A stretch of 49,333 nucleotides of DNA from Circinaria calcarea (GCA_051942165.1 JAVECS010000010.1:1-49333), one strand, 5' to 3'; counted from the first letter of the stretch, positions 35,191 through 47,103 are shown. Translations and numbers: made by a program. The notes: generated by a model from the letters alone, not told the origin.

Positions 35191-38100
35191 ATGAAGACCA
35201 TGGCTCCTATCAAGTCTCGTCCGGGACAAAAGCCAGACGTCTTGCAGGAAACGCCATGTGAGTGCCAGCCATAGCTAGACTTAGAGTCGTCGCCGTAAGA
35301 CTAATTCTCGCCAGCCTACGTTGCAAAGGTAAAGGATTTCGTCGTGTCAACGGACAGGCCAGTGTCTTTTGCAATCAACCTCCGGCAGCATGTCGACAAG
35401 TTGGCCACGCTACGTGTCTCCGCTGCGTCCAATTTTCGGGAGTTGGATGCACAAGGTACGATGCTTTGGAATCTGTCCTCGAAACTCAAGGGAGACGACT
35501 CAGAAAGTCGCCAACTAGCCTGTCTCGGTAGGGCGGCTCCATGGCATCACAGCAGCTATCAGCTAATATGCATAGTTCGTGTTTTTGGCTGCCTGCTTCT
35601 GGATTGTGCACAAAGGTCCACATCGGGATCAGTCCAAAGTACAACAAACAGAGGCATTCTCCATTCTTCGTCGTATCTAACCGGTGACCCAGACACCATT
35701 CGGGTCCTGAAGTCGACCCTTAAGACCACCAGGTTCTGTCTAGGTAGGTCGGGATTTGAAGTAAATGCTATATCTGTTCGGTTATGTTAATCAAGCCGAT
35801 CAGATCAAGGCCACCTTGACTTGGCCGAAGTCATAGCCGAGAAAGCAGCATACTACATACAGAGCCTTCAGAGCCTAAGTGCTCGTGGCTTAGAGATCGA
35901 GGAAGGTCTCCAATGTGATCTATCCGGAGAATACCTTCAGTTAAGGGTCGCCCTGGTAAGGCATTGAACTTGTAGGCATGGTTGGGTGTTGAAACTCTCT
36001 AATCAAGGCTGCCGTAGGCATGGCAACAAAACCGACTGGATTTGGCAGAGGCTTGGCTCACGAAGCTCAGCTATGACTCGCACAAACCCTCCTCTTGCCA
36101 GCTGGAAAGTCTCGCCGACCTCCTTTACGAAATCGGGAAAGATCAGGCCGCCAAATCCAGCCATGTGGAGGCAGTACGGTGGCTGGAGAGGGCTCAAGAC
36201 GTACTCGCAACTCGAGCGCCGGAAGATCTGAGCACCGACGGTCGAGAACTTCGCATCGCGATCCTGCACCTCTTAGTTCGTGGACTCATGCGATTACCAG
36301 GGCACGATGCTAGAAAAAAGGTATCAAACATCATCGCAGACTTAGATACTAGTGATGGTGACAGACTTGCTGTCCTCGTATTAAAGCTGGATCTCTTCAT
36401 GACGGACCTAAACGTTCCCACCGAAGATATTTGTGACATTCTTCTTCGCATTGTGCGCATAGTCCATGTGACGGAGTCTACTTTCAAGACCATCTTACAC
36501 TATGTACATAGCCTTAGAGCACGAAGTTCACATCTTACACATGTCGTTCTCGAAGCATTTTTACTCGAACGACTGCTGAGCACAGAGAGAGCAGAGTGGG
36601 TGGAGAAGGTTCTGGTAACCGCTGTCTGGAACTTGACAACAACAGCAGATGTAGGGGATCACGTTGCCACCCTACAGCAGCTTTTGGATGCCCTGCGGGA
36701 TCAGGGCAGAGTTTCTATTGGCCCTTCAGCAACCCATGCCGCTCAAATGGTACAGTCTCACCACATACGGCAACAGCTGCTTTGGCTGATCGAATTCGAA
36801 ACACTGATTCTTCAATAGGTCCTATGGAAGCGTATTGAGGCGAGCTACCACAAGGGTGATTATGTGGCTGCGCAACATTGGTGCCGACTGACATTACATG
36901 AAGTGTTCGATAAGTCCGGCGAATTGAATACGACCAAAATACAAAGGTACTTGAGCAGTACCTTAGCTTTCGCATTTCCTAAAAGTACAAGGAATAATTG
37001 ATGTGTTCTAGGAAGCTGATTTTCTGTCTCCTGGCAACCTCTGACTATGTGAACGCGCGGGAAATATACTCAGCGATGCCCGAGTCATCTAAAAGCGCTT
37101 CTGAAACCCTCTATCTTCTTTTTAAGCTAGGACTGCGGTCTGGAGACGATGACCTAGGTAGGGGCGTTACTTCGGCCGAGGACGCTCTAGCTGATCCCTC
37201 AAAGCCTCCGATTGTCTCGACAAGATTTTCCAGATACCTTCCAAAGATGCGACGCTCCTCTACGCTTGTGTATTGGAAGCTCAGCATTCCGGTAAAAGAA
37301 CACAAGCCATTTCGGTCATGCAGCGGGTTCTAGACAAATACAGTTATGGATCTCCATATGGCGTCCATCTGCCAGCACTACTCCGGTACGCTAATAAAGT
37401 CGAAATTGCAATTTCATTGCTAATAGGCTAGGTGTACGGCACGCCTCCTGATGCAAGAGATTGAAGATACCAAGCCCCGGTCTTCTTCTGCAGCAGATGC
37501 AGTCTGCAAGCTCTTCGAAGGAGGTAGGTCAGGCTTATCGATAGTCAAGAAAAGGTAGTAACCTTTAAAGCTGCTTCTCAAGCTAAAATTTCACGACGGA
37601 ACCCCAAGAATCAAGTCTTCTCCGTGCACGAGCTGGATTGGTTCTCCCGGAATACTTATAATCTCGCTCTGAGCTCATGTCCTAATTGGCATCCAAACCA
37701 GACTCTCCGATTACTAGGGTCTTGTCTGCAGGTAAGGTTTTAAACACTCTTTTATGGATTAGATATTGAAGGCCTTAGTTCATCGATCAATTTCCACCAG
37801 ATATGGATCCTACCTCAGTCGCAGATCAGTCGTTACGTAGGATTTTCTGCGACTTCCTAGCCAGCTCCCTTCTGATCATCCTGGCACGCCAGGAGCAGCA
37901 TTTCGAGAGACAGGTAAATCGTTTTCGGCAAGGCTTCCTTCCCAGTAGCTAATCAGAACAGATGCAACATTATCTCGATGCTCGTAAACACGCCAAGACT
38001 TTTCGTTCGCATCTGCAGAATCAGGATCAACTAGAGGGCGGTGCAAAGGATGATTTACTGCGGAAAGCGAAGACGTTGAACATCTACGACTTCGAAGCCG

Positions 38101-38815
38101 CAATTCGACTAAAAGCTTGGCACGATATTGGTCAACTGCTTGAGGTATATACACGAAGAAGGAATTCACTGCAAGGCTAATTAACTTCAGCGGACCCGAG
38201 TATATTCCGATACGCAGATGTACGGTATACTTGCAGACATCACTTTGTCATCTGAAGCACCAACAGAATGTGAGTTCCGCCACCGTTACAGTAAACTTCC
38301 GCTAACGAGAAGGAGACATGGTCACTATTCTACAGGTGAGAATGCCCGTTCACAAACCAGATCTTTGCACCAACTGAGTCATACCAGGAAATCGTAAATG
38401 CTAGCTGGCAATTGGAGGGAGCGGACATGATCAAGCTCTCCAGGTGGATTAGATGCCTATTCCAACTGACCTTGCCTTCCAAGCTTGATTTTACGGAACA
38501 CTTATTGGATCAGGTTCAAACACTAGCTGGAGATATCAAGAAGGTTCCTCTCACATAAACTCGATGGCGGAGTTCCGCAGAGCCATGGGCGAAAGCTGAT
38601 TTCATATACCTCGGCAGCCTTATCCTCCGGAAGAGCTCGAATGGCTGGCGACCACTACGTTCAATCGATCGGTCGATTTTTATTGCGCGTCACAAGACGG
38701 CGATTGCAGGCGGTGGGCGGAAAACGCTCTGAGCTTGGCGGATTTGGCGAACGACGGAGGAGCCTTGCACGAGCTTCTGCAGACGAAGTATGTTGAGCTG
38801 AGGTTGGATTCATAG
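35191..38815 (+). CDS. SPO22: Meiotic ZMM protein Spo22/Zip4 (TPR-like)
   Basis: About 17 exons. Motifs ELDAQGTMLWNLS, LADLLYEIGK, AVRWLERA, HAAQMVLWK, LLYACVLEAQ, ELDWFSRNTYNLAL, DFEAAIRLKAW, KLSRWIRCLFQ, YPPEELEWLATTTFN. The frame can be kept open across all modelled introns. The start could be 35191 or 35200. Confidence 0.88.
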
Positions 38816-39274
38816 ACTGGCAGTGTGGGCGTGCCAAGCCGGGTCAGATTATCTTATCGAGCAAGCGATCTCACGCATAAGGTAGAACATCATTGAATTG
38901 GCATTGCCCGCTACAACTTAGTACCTTGTGTATCCGGCTGCCGTTGATTGCCACCAGTTTCTGGACTAGATGTACATCCGACGAACCCCCATACCGGGGT
39001 TAACATGGAGAGATGAAACGCAGGCGAAGACAACATCGACAAATTACACTAAACATTTATTCGCCTTTACTTGGTAACTACTCTTGCCCTTTTTCCACCT
39101 CGGCAAGGGGCCAATCCCCGTAGTAATGTCCTCCCTCGTTACCAGGCTGCATAACCATACCACAGACGAGGATGAAGTTAAGTATGAAGACGATATAACT
39201 GCTACCCACCCCAAGACACGAGATAACAATGAATCATGACTAGGATGCGGAGCCCGGTCTCCGTCGTTGTCAAT

Positions 39275-42200
39275 TTACTTGTTATGGTTGCTGCCATCCG
39301 ACACCGAACGCCTTTTTCCTTGCCGTCCATCGCCTTGCTTACCCTCATCCTCCGGTTCCCTCGCAAGTTTCTCCCCTGTGGCATGCCTTGTCGACAACAT
39401 TCTAGCTTGCACCTTGGTGGCCATACCGTCATTGATCTTCTCCTCTACAAGAGAAGCTAGCTTGTCGGAGTACTGATCCAGCAAGTCCCCAACGGTACTA
39501 TCGCTAGACACCAGGTCCCTTCCGATTATCTGGTTGTTAATTGCACGCAGGGTGAGGTTCAGTTCACGTTCCAACTCCAACGCCTTCTCGCGCTTTAAGG
39601 TTTCCCTAGACGCGGACAACTTCTTCCGATATGCCCGCAGGATTTTCGAAACGTTTTCAGCCACGAGGCAAGAGTCCATCAAATCACCTAAATTTTTGTT
39701 ACGCTGACGTTCTCCGAGTGATAGTCTCCGATGTGTAGGTGGTGTGGCCGAACGCTCCGACCGACCTTGTCGGCTGATAGAGGCATCCGCCATTGGTACC
39801 GGAGCAGGATCGAGCGTCTTGGACACTGAATTGGCTATATCATATCTAGAGGGCTTTTTCCGTATACTGCACGACGGTGATTGACCCCCAATGGGCGTTG
39901 TAGGTAACACGAGTTTTGCTTTGGAGATATGAGATCTCTGAAGATCTGAGAGTGCTACTCGCGATAAGATTCGTCTTAAAGGTTGATCATGTCTTTGAGC
40001 TTCGTGAAGATTAGCTCCCGATGAAGGTTCATTTGATTCGAGGGTTAGATCCCACAATGCCACTGTGCCATCCATGCCCGTAGTGACTACTCTGTACTCT
40101 GGGCAATCCTCCTTAGTGATGTGTTGAACGATTTCAATGCCACTAATTCCTTCGGAGTGCCCATACTCCTTTGCTATTAGAGACCCGGTGTCACGATCGT
40201 ACACTCGGATTGACTTATCAGAAGAAACGCCAATCATCAGACGCGCCAGACCTCTAGGACCCTCAACGTCTAAACTTAACAAATTATTTAGAAGAACTGA
40301 TTCATTGTTGTCATCATCGATCATCTTCATACTGTGGATATGGCGACCGGAAGCAATGTCGTACTGGTGAATCTGCCTGTCCAGAGCTGAGACCCTCAGA
40401 GTTCTGGGGCTATCCGGCGCTAGCGACATGGAGATCGGACTCGACTTCAGTGTAATGACTCTCATAGGAATATATGCCAATGAATCCGCGGCCGCAGCTA
40501 AGCTATGTATTATGATAGTCCGATCCGACGAGGACGAGAGCAAAGAAACCCCCCCAGGTAAGAACAATATCGCATTCACTGCGCTCGAGTGTTGATCAAT
40601 CGTTTGTAGTAAATCTAAACGGAAAGACAACATTCTGAAGACCTGAACGGTTCGATCTCGACCGCAGGTCGCAACGAGTCTATTTTCTTCATGACTTGCA
40701 AGGGTTATATCGTTGATCTCCCCATCATGCGCATTAACAGGTACAGAGTCTTCCCATTCGAGGCCCTTCAATAGCCTATGTGAAACTCATTAGTGAAAGG
40801 AGCACGGTGTTCTTCTCAAAACGCACCGAAGTGTACCGCTCCTATCTCCGGAAAAGAAGAATTGGCCATCCTGAGTTGCTGTCACAACCTTTACCTCGTT
40901 CACTCCACCATCACCGCACAAAGGTTGAGCTAGAGGGATGTCCAAGGCCCTCTTATACCGGCCGGCCCCAGACCAAAATATGACTGTGTTACCACTCGAC
41001 CAGGTGAAGAACTCCGGCACCATGTCATTATGGTATAGCACTCCGACGCCTAAGACAGCACGGGCGTGAGAGGGCATGACTTTGACGCCATCATTCAAGC
41101 TAACTGGACTCGCTAGTGTTGCATCGCTCTTGATCCTAGTCGTGTGGTTTGAATCGAAGGTGATTAATCCTTGAGGTAATAAAGCAATAGCCACAAGATC
41201 TGCGAGATCCATCCTAGATCTAGAAAACTGTGCAGACGGTGGTTCTGATGGGTCAACGGACCCCGTTACTCGATCTAGCAGAATCGTTTGCGTGTGCCCC
41301 CCTTTTCCTCCTATCCATAAGATACCCCTGATGCGATCAAAAGCTGAACAAGAGATGGGAAACCCCACGTGGCAGGTCGTATAGAGGTGTAAGCCGTGTT
41401 CGCTGTCATCCAGGACGCAGACATCACCACCCTCAGTGCACAAGATTGCTCTGTAATTACTTATTGCGGCAATGCATGTGAATGTAGCTTCTATCAAAGA
41501 CCCTAAGAGGCAATTCCTTCCGCTCAGGGTTCTAGCTGCCGGGCTCGAATGTGTTCCTGACCCAAAATTCTCTAGTCTCGACCTGGGTTTGGAGGGTGAC
41601 GGTAGAGGTATCTGCTCAAACTTCCACATTCTCACATGGCGAATCCCAACACTGACAACACTGTCTCCCATCCAAGAGATATGTTGCACAACCGAGGTGC
41701 ACTTGTTGCTATATTGAAGCTTTGCGCCGGCATTGGAGGTGATTGCCCAAATATAGATAAATCCGTCATGATAATCACCGACGGAACAGAGCCAACGCAT
41801 GTCTGGCGAGAATGCAAGACAGCGAACTCCAAAAGCATGCTCGGACAGCGACGTCAGTGGGACATCTGTGTCTTCTGCGGCCGTGGAAAAGATCAGTATA
41901 CGAGGATGGTAGCCAGTCTATTCCAATGAATCAGAACTATCAAATCCTTAATCGATCGGTGCTGTTTCATACCTCGCCTACAGCCAAGAGCTTACCATCC
42001 GCAGTCAGTGATACACATGTTATGGCTCTTATCCTCTGACGCACAGTGTTGCTGCCGGGAGAGGCCCCTTTCTCGGCCAGCGGAGATCCGCTAGCTCTGA
42101 TGGCATCTCGTCCTCCCCCCAACGTCCCTCGAGTAGCAGCCTTACGGCGATGATGCTCGGGTGTACTCGGAGTCGTCGGCGTCTCCGTTTCATAAGACGA

Positions 42201-42521
42201 AAGTGCTTTGACGGTTGGGAACTGGTTTGGCCGCGCCCTAAAATATTTCCAAGTTAAATTGAGCTCACCATCCACATGGGCAATTGCTGCTGCCGATCCG
42301 GCGCAAATGGAGAAACAAGAGGCAACTGGCGAGTAATCAAATCCGCGAACTGAGCTGGTAGTGAAGCCCAATATCTTGTTGAGTTTCAAGTGGATATTCG
42401 AGTTTCCTTGGCTATTTTTGCTCGTAGATGAAGTCGGCTGGAGACGTGATCGAGATGACTGACTCACTGTCGCGAGAGCTTCGGAGGGACTCATGTATAG
42501 GCTAGGAGGCGTAGAAGCCAT
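39275..42521 (-). CDS. WD40-repeat protein, WDR62/MAPKBP1-like
   Basis: LKLNKILGFTT, LAVGETGYHPRILIF, LCSVGDYHDGFIYIW, VSVGIRHVRMWK, LSGRNCLLG, ATCGRDRTVQVF, LLSSSSDRTI, DKSIRVYD, EYGHSEGI, followed by a low-complexity/coiled-coil tail. Exons 42521-41973, 41917-40827, 40775-39275. Confidence 0.85.
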
Positions 42522-42600
42522 GGAAGTCCCAGCACCGAAACGCGGAAGTTACGAGTCATGGGATTCATTGCATGAGCTTCTCCTCAAAGCCCAGATATGA

Positions 42601-42606
42601 ACGCGT
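42601..42606. promoter_or_regulatory. Perfect MCB element (ACGCGT) upstream of the WD40 gene
   Basis: Palindromic ACGCGT 80 bp upstream of the ATG at 42521. A 6-mer on its own is weak evidence. Confidence 0.3.
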
Positions 42607-43289
42607 TCGGATGCAGGTGCGGACATGATGGAATGCAATGAAACTATGTATCCCGTGGAGAAGATGTGCGAATCCACCTGCAAGACAAGGGCAACCTCCG
42701 AAGGGGACGAAAACGAGTAACCGACAGCACGATTAGATAAAACCGAGTCTTTGGGTATACGTTGGTTGTCAGATCCGTCCATGATTCTCCACTAGCGATC
42801 TAGATCTCTGTCGGGCGGGAGCACCATGTTTTCAGTCGGCCAAAGCATCAAGCATCCCGTGAGTGTGGGCGTCAGGTGGAGCAATCTTCGTGATCGTCGA
42901 CGCTCTCATAATACGGCGGATAGCTAAAGAGGGCCCCCCCGCAGCACCAGCCAGTATAATATCTAGAGAGTCTCTTCACAATGCCAGCGGACGGAATTCT
43001 ACGGCCTTGCAGGAGCTTCGGTCTTGGACCATCAAGTCCGTTCAGGGACATGGGGTATTGTGATGCCAACCAGGAGAAAGCTCCTGTATACGTATTCGTA
43101 CCTTCCTATGCGGATTACGCCTATGCTAAGATGGTCAGAAGATGTCGCTATCAAACACTTCTATCATCGACTGTGAGCTGCCTGCCCAGCGGAAAAAGGA
43201 AAAGCAATAGCAATCTCGCATCTTCAGAGCAAATTGACTAGCACAGCGTTGTCACCAAGCTGAGCGGAAGATTCCGACGGACAACATAG

Positions 43290-44773
43290 TCAAATAGTGA
43301 AGTGGATAATTTGGTTGGCTAATCGGCCGACGATCTTTAGTCCAACATAGATGCTCAAGCCGAAGAATCCACAACCCATGACTAAAGCTTGGAGATTTCT
43401 CCTCTCTACACCGGCTTGCTTGAGACCGGTCTTCTCCGGCTCTTCCATCTGGGTCGTCTTATGTAGGTCAGGAAGGTACTTAAAATCAAACGTTGTCTCT
43501 CCCTGGAGACCATGCTCCCCTTTGATGAATACATTCCAGAATACTCTACGCAATGCCTATATACGTGTCAGTGATGGTACGTGGAAATTCGAGAGACAAC
43601 TGTACTGACGGCGATTTTTCTGCGGTCGAGATACGGGATTGATCGATACACGTAGCAAAGTGCCATGAAGAAGAGGCACTGGCCTGTCATCAAGCCCCAG
43701 TAATATATGCTAGGTCTCCCCAAGCCCAATGCATCACATAACTCGTTCCCATTGAGCCATCTGCTATTGACTTCCAGGAAACTTTGCGAAGCATATCCGG
43801 GTGGTTGACTTTGTAAAGACTTGATGATATTGTTGGCTAGTATTTTAGAAGTCTCTGATGGATTTATCTCGTTCATCAGAAGTGACTCCATCACTGCACG
43901 AGCTTTGGCTGGTGTTTCGAAGAAATCGGTAGGAGTGCCGGTGAGATGGGCAATATATCGCCACAAAGCGATGTAGTCGACCGCCTCCTGATCTCGCATC
44001 CAGATTCCCTGGCGTGGAAGACTAAGCCATATCAGGGTGGAGCTGAAGGTTGCTATCGTTGCTATACAATCGAGGTCATTGATGGGTATTCCTAATTCCT
44101 CTATATTGTAGTACTCTGGTCGTTGATGTGCCAATTTGGTGATACGTGAGCGCACAGCGGCGTGGAGCAAACGAACTCTAATGGAAGAAGCGAACCCGGC
44201 GCCACCTGGCTGGATAGACTGGATCGAATTAGTGCACTGCAAAATATGCTGAGTAGTTTCTAACAGTCGATGTCTAGCGACCTTGGTAGAAAACCCTCCA
44301 GTCCGGGCCAGTACTTCTACTACACGATTTGCTCCCATGCCACCCAGGAGACTCTGGAAGGCCAATCCAGTGAGGCAAGGCCCCCCATATCGATAGAAAA
44401 CCTCTTGCCCGCGTGCAATCTGAGCCCAGTCCACCCATGACGGGACCGTATTCACTTTCTCCCACAATGCTCCAAGCACGTCGTCCTTTGCCGAATTATC
44501 ACGTAATAGAAGATACAAATCTCTCTTGGGTGAGTTGTTGGGGGTCTCGGAAATTCCCTCTGCGTACTTGCTTGAATTCCTGGGCAAAGCTGATCGGGGT
44601 GGCGGAGAAATATCATTGAGGCGTTCCAACGCTTGCTCTCCGAGTCGATCATACGAAAACTTCAAGGGCTTTGACTGCTCTTGTGTCAGATGTAAGTCTG
44701 TTAGCTGAAATGTGTAACCCCAGTACGTTCGCGTGTGCTCGTCTCGAGAGCGAAGCGGATTTGGCCAGGCCAT
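43290..44773 (-). CDS. MpaB/latex-clearing-protein (Lcp)-like oxygenase, DUF2236 family, with C-terminal membrane anchor
   Basis: VPSWVDWAQIARGQEVFYRY, VVEVLARTGGF, RLLETTQ, RVRLLHAAVR, GIPINDLD, DYIALWRYIA. Exons 44773-43610 and 43556-43290. The C-terminal hydrophobic segment is ALVMGCGFFGLSIYVGL. Confidence 0.88.
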
Positions 44774-45525
44774 GAACCTGCAAGATATCTACAAAAGATG
44801 TGTGAGAGATGAGGAAGGAATGATGCCCATTTTTAGGTACATGGATTTATAGACTGTGTAAATAGACCCGACGCTAGAGGTTATTGAAAAGAGTGCAAAG
44901 ACTGACGGCATATGGCTAGATGGAGCGCGTCATAGACCGGAACGGAGAAAAACCTCGATAGTTATCCGCAGCGATTTGGTCGCACCAAACTTGAGATTTA
45001 AACTTAGGCTTCGTCGCAATGCTCTGTACTAGCTACTGTGAAGCATACGGAGTAACCTTACTTCGACAGCTTATTGGATGCCCTGGATACCTTGTGGATC
45101 GGGGCTTGAGGCACATTGCGAGGATTCCCAAATTTTGCAGCGAGTCATAAGATATATCGACTGAATGATTTTTTACGAAGCGTAACCCTATTTGTACGTA
45201 TTCTCGGTTTACTGCTACCGTCAGCATATCCGTATCCTTCTTTGAATTGACCACCTAAGCAGCCCGAGGGGCTTTCCAATATACTGACTTGGATTTAAAC
45301 ATATCTCACACCAAAAGAGCCATGCTTAGAAATTGCCCGGTACATTAGATACTGCGGAGAGTCGGCCTTCGCAAGAATATCCTTCCGATAAATTTTGGAC
45401 GATCTCCCTTTGTTCGCGTGTCGCACGAAACGTCGAATAATGCTTTTCTAGTCAATCAAAGACCACGCTTAGTTTCAGAAGCCATAACCTCGAGAGCATC
45501 TCCATCAATCTTGTTTTGCATACAG

Positions 45526-46779
45526 ATGCCATGTCCGTCATGCTCTGTGGCTATCCTCCAGGGCTCTCTGCCTGAGTTCTGTACAATCTACATTAAGGCC
45601 CGAGCATCTATTTCACCATGGAAATATCCCTTCACATTAACGAAGAGGATACATGCTCGTACCAGCTTGCACTTCGAAGCCGCAGCTTCGAGCAATGGCC
45701 TCCTTGAGTCTTCCCAAAACGTGAACGACACATATCTTCCCTTAGACAGAACAATACTTAAGTCTCAGTCCTTTGCAGAGGACCATGTTGCAGACCGACA
45801 GCGTGAAGGTCTTTCGCCAACATTGGTAGCGGAGAAGATACCACCAGACCCTAGAATCTCAAGCTTTATGGAGCCGGACGTTCAGTTGTGTAGCGACATG
45901 GGCAAGAGTTTCCCACTTACGTGCCTTGGGATGCGGCAGCAGTTTCGGCGATTTGACACTACATTGGAGTTGCCTGACTACGGATCAGGCAATGTGGCGT
46001 TGACTTCTCGTCGTTCCTGCATTGGCGGACCGGCTCTCCAAAAGTGGAGTGGCGGCAGTACGAAACCTAGGCAGGAACCACACGCGTTCGCCGACAATTT
46101 ACTCACCCCTCGCAAGATCAACACCATAAGCCAGGGGAAGAAGCAGCGTCCTAGTCTTATTACACAAGCCAACCATCCTAACTTAACCTCGAGGCCGGGC
46201 ACACGGAATACTTCATTAAAACAGGGACCGGATGGGAAACTCGGAGACCGCAAAAAAGATGTAAAGAATTCATACCAGGAACATCCTCAGCGAGAGATAT
46301 GGCAGATTCAGAAGAGCGCTTTGACCAATAAGTTTGGTAACCAAGGTTGGAAACCTCGGAAGCGACTTTCTCCTGACGCCCTTGAGGGTATCAGAGCCCT
46401 TCACGCCCAGTATCCAGGAAGATATACAACCCCGGTCTTAGCCGATCAATTCAAGGTTTCTCCCGAGGCCATTCGGAGGATCTTGAAGAGCAAGTGGAGG
46501 CCGAACGAGGAGGAGGAAGCAAAACGGCGGAAGAGGTGGGACACCCGCGGTGAGGGTATTTGGAGTAAGATGGTCGAGATAGGAATCAAACCCCCTAAAA
46601 AATGGAGAGAGATGGGCATCGGGAAGACCTTTCGTCGTTCACAAGCTAGCAAGAAGGTGAAAGTGGACACTGACGGGAGTGTGGAGATACCTCTACGTGA
46701 ATCTTCACATAGGGGGTCTAGGTCGGCACTAAGGGCGACAGATCCTGATGATCTTTTTCTATCTGATAGAATCTTATAG
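45526..46779 (+). CDS. RRG9: Required for respiratory growth protein 9 (neugrin family), mitochondrial
   Basis: [54 protein letters not shown]. The start is taken at MPCPSCS within ORF 45418-46779. Confidence 0.9.
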   Translation: MPCPSCSVAILQGSLPEFCTIYIKARASISPWKYPFTLTKRIHARTSLHFEAAASSNGLLESSQNVNDTYLPLDRTILKSQSFAEDHVADRQREGLSPTLVAEKIPPDPRISSFMEPDVQLCSDMGKSFPLTCLGMRQQFRRFDTTLELPDYGSGNVALTSRRSCIGGPALQKWSGGSTKPRQEPHAFADNLLTPRKINTISQGKKQRPSLITQANHPNLTSRPGTRNTSLKQGPDGKLGDRKKDVKNSYQEHPQREIWQIQKSALTNKFGNQGWKPRKRLSPDALEGIRALHAQYPGRYTTPVLADQFKVSPEAIRRILKSKWRPNEEEEAKRRKRWDTRGEGIWSKMVEIGIKPPKKWREMGIGKTFRRSQASKKVKVDTDGSVEIPLRESSHRGSRSALRATDPDDLFLSDRIL

Positions 46780-47103
46780 ATGTGCGGACTAGACTCGGCC
46801 GAATGCAGCGAATTCATGAATTCTAGCAAATTCCGTGTTCAACCCATATTCGAACACGATAACTCCACCATAAAATGACCTACTCCCAATCTCTACGGCG
46901 CTCGCGCTGGTTTTAGATTGACATGCCCATTCTGTTCACTAAATAGAAAACCCAACTTGGTGCGCAGTTGCTTGCAGTGATTACGGCAGGTATGGCCGTC
47001 TACTGTACTTTAATGTGTTCACCATCTATACCCTCGATACCTAGTCCTCTGAATTCTTACATTATCCTACAATGCGAAGCTCATTTTAATTTGCCTCGGC
47101 GCA

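Noticed and set aside
34507..35692. Further stop-free 3n introns (acuM 34507-34566; SPO22 35528-35575 and 35639-35692)
   Set aside because: With ~50-nt introns, a sizeable fraction will be 3n and stop-free by chance. They mainly explain why the ORF track reads through introns.
42549..43241. Short ORFs between the WD40 and oxygenase genes
   Set aside because: No motifs or splice support; consistent with UTR or promoter sequence.
46810..46823. 14-bp perfect palindrome GAATTCATGAATTC after RRG9
   Set aside because: A few palindromes of this length are expected by chance in 49 kb.
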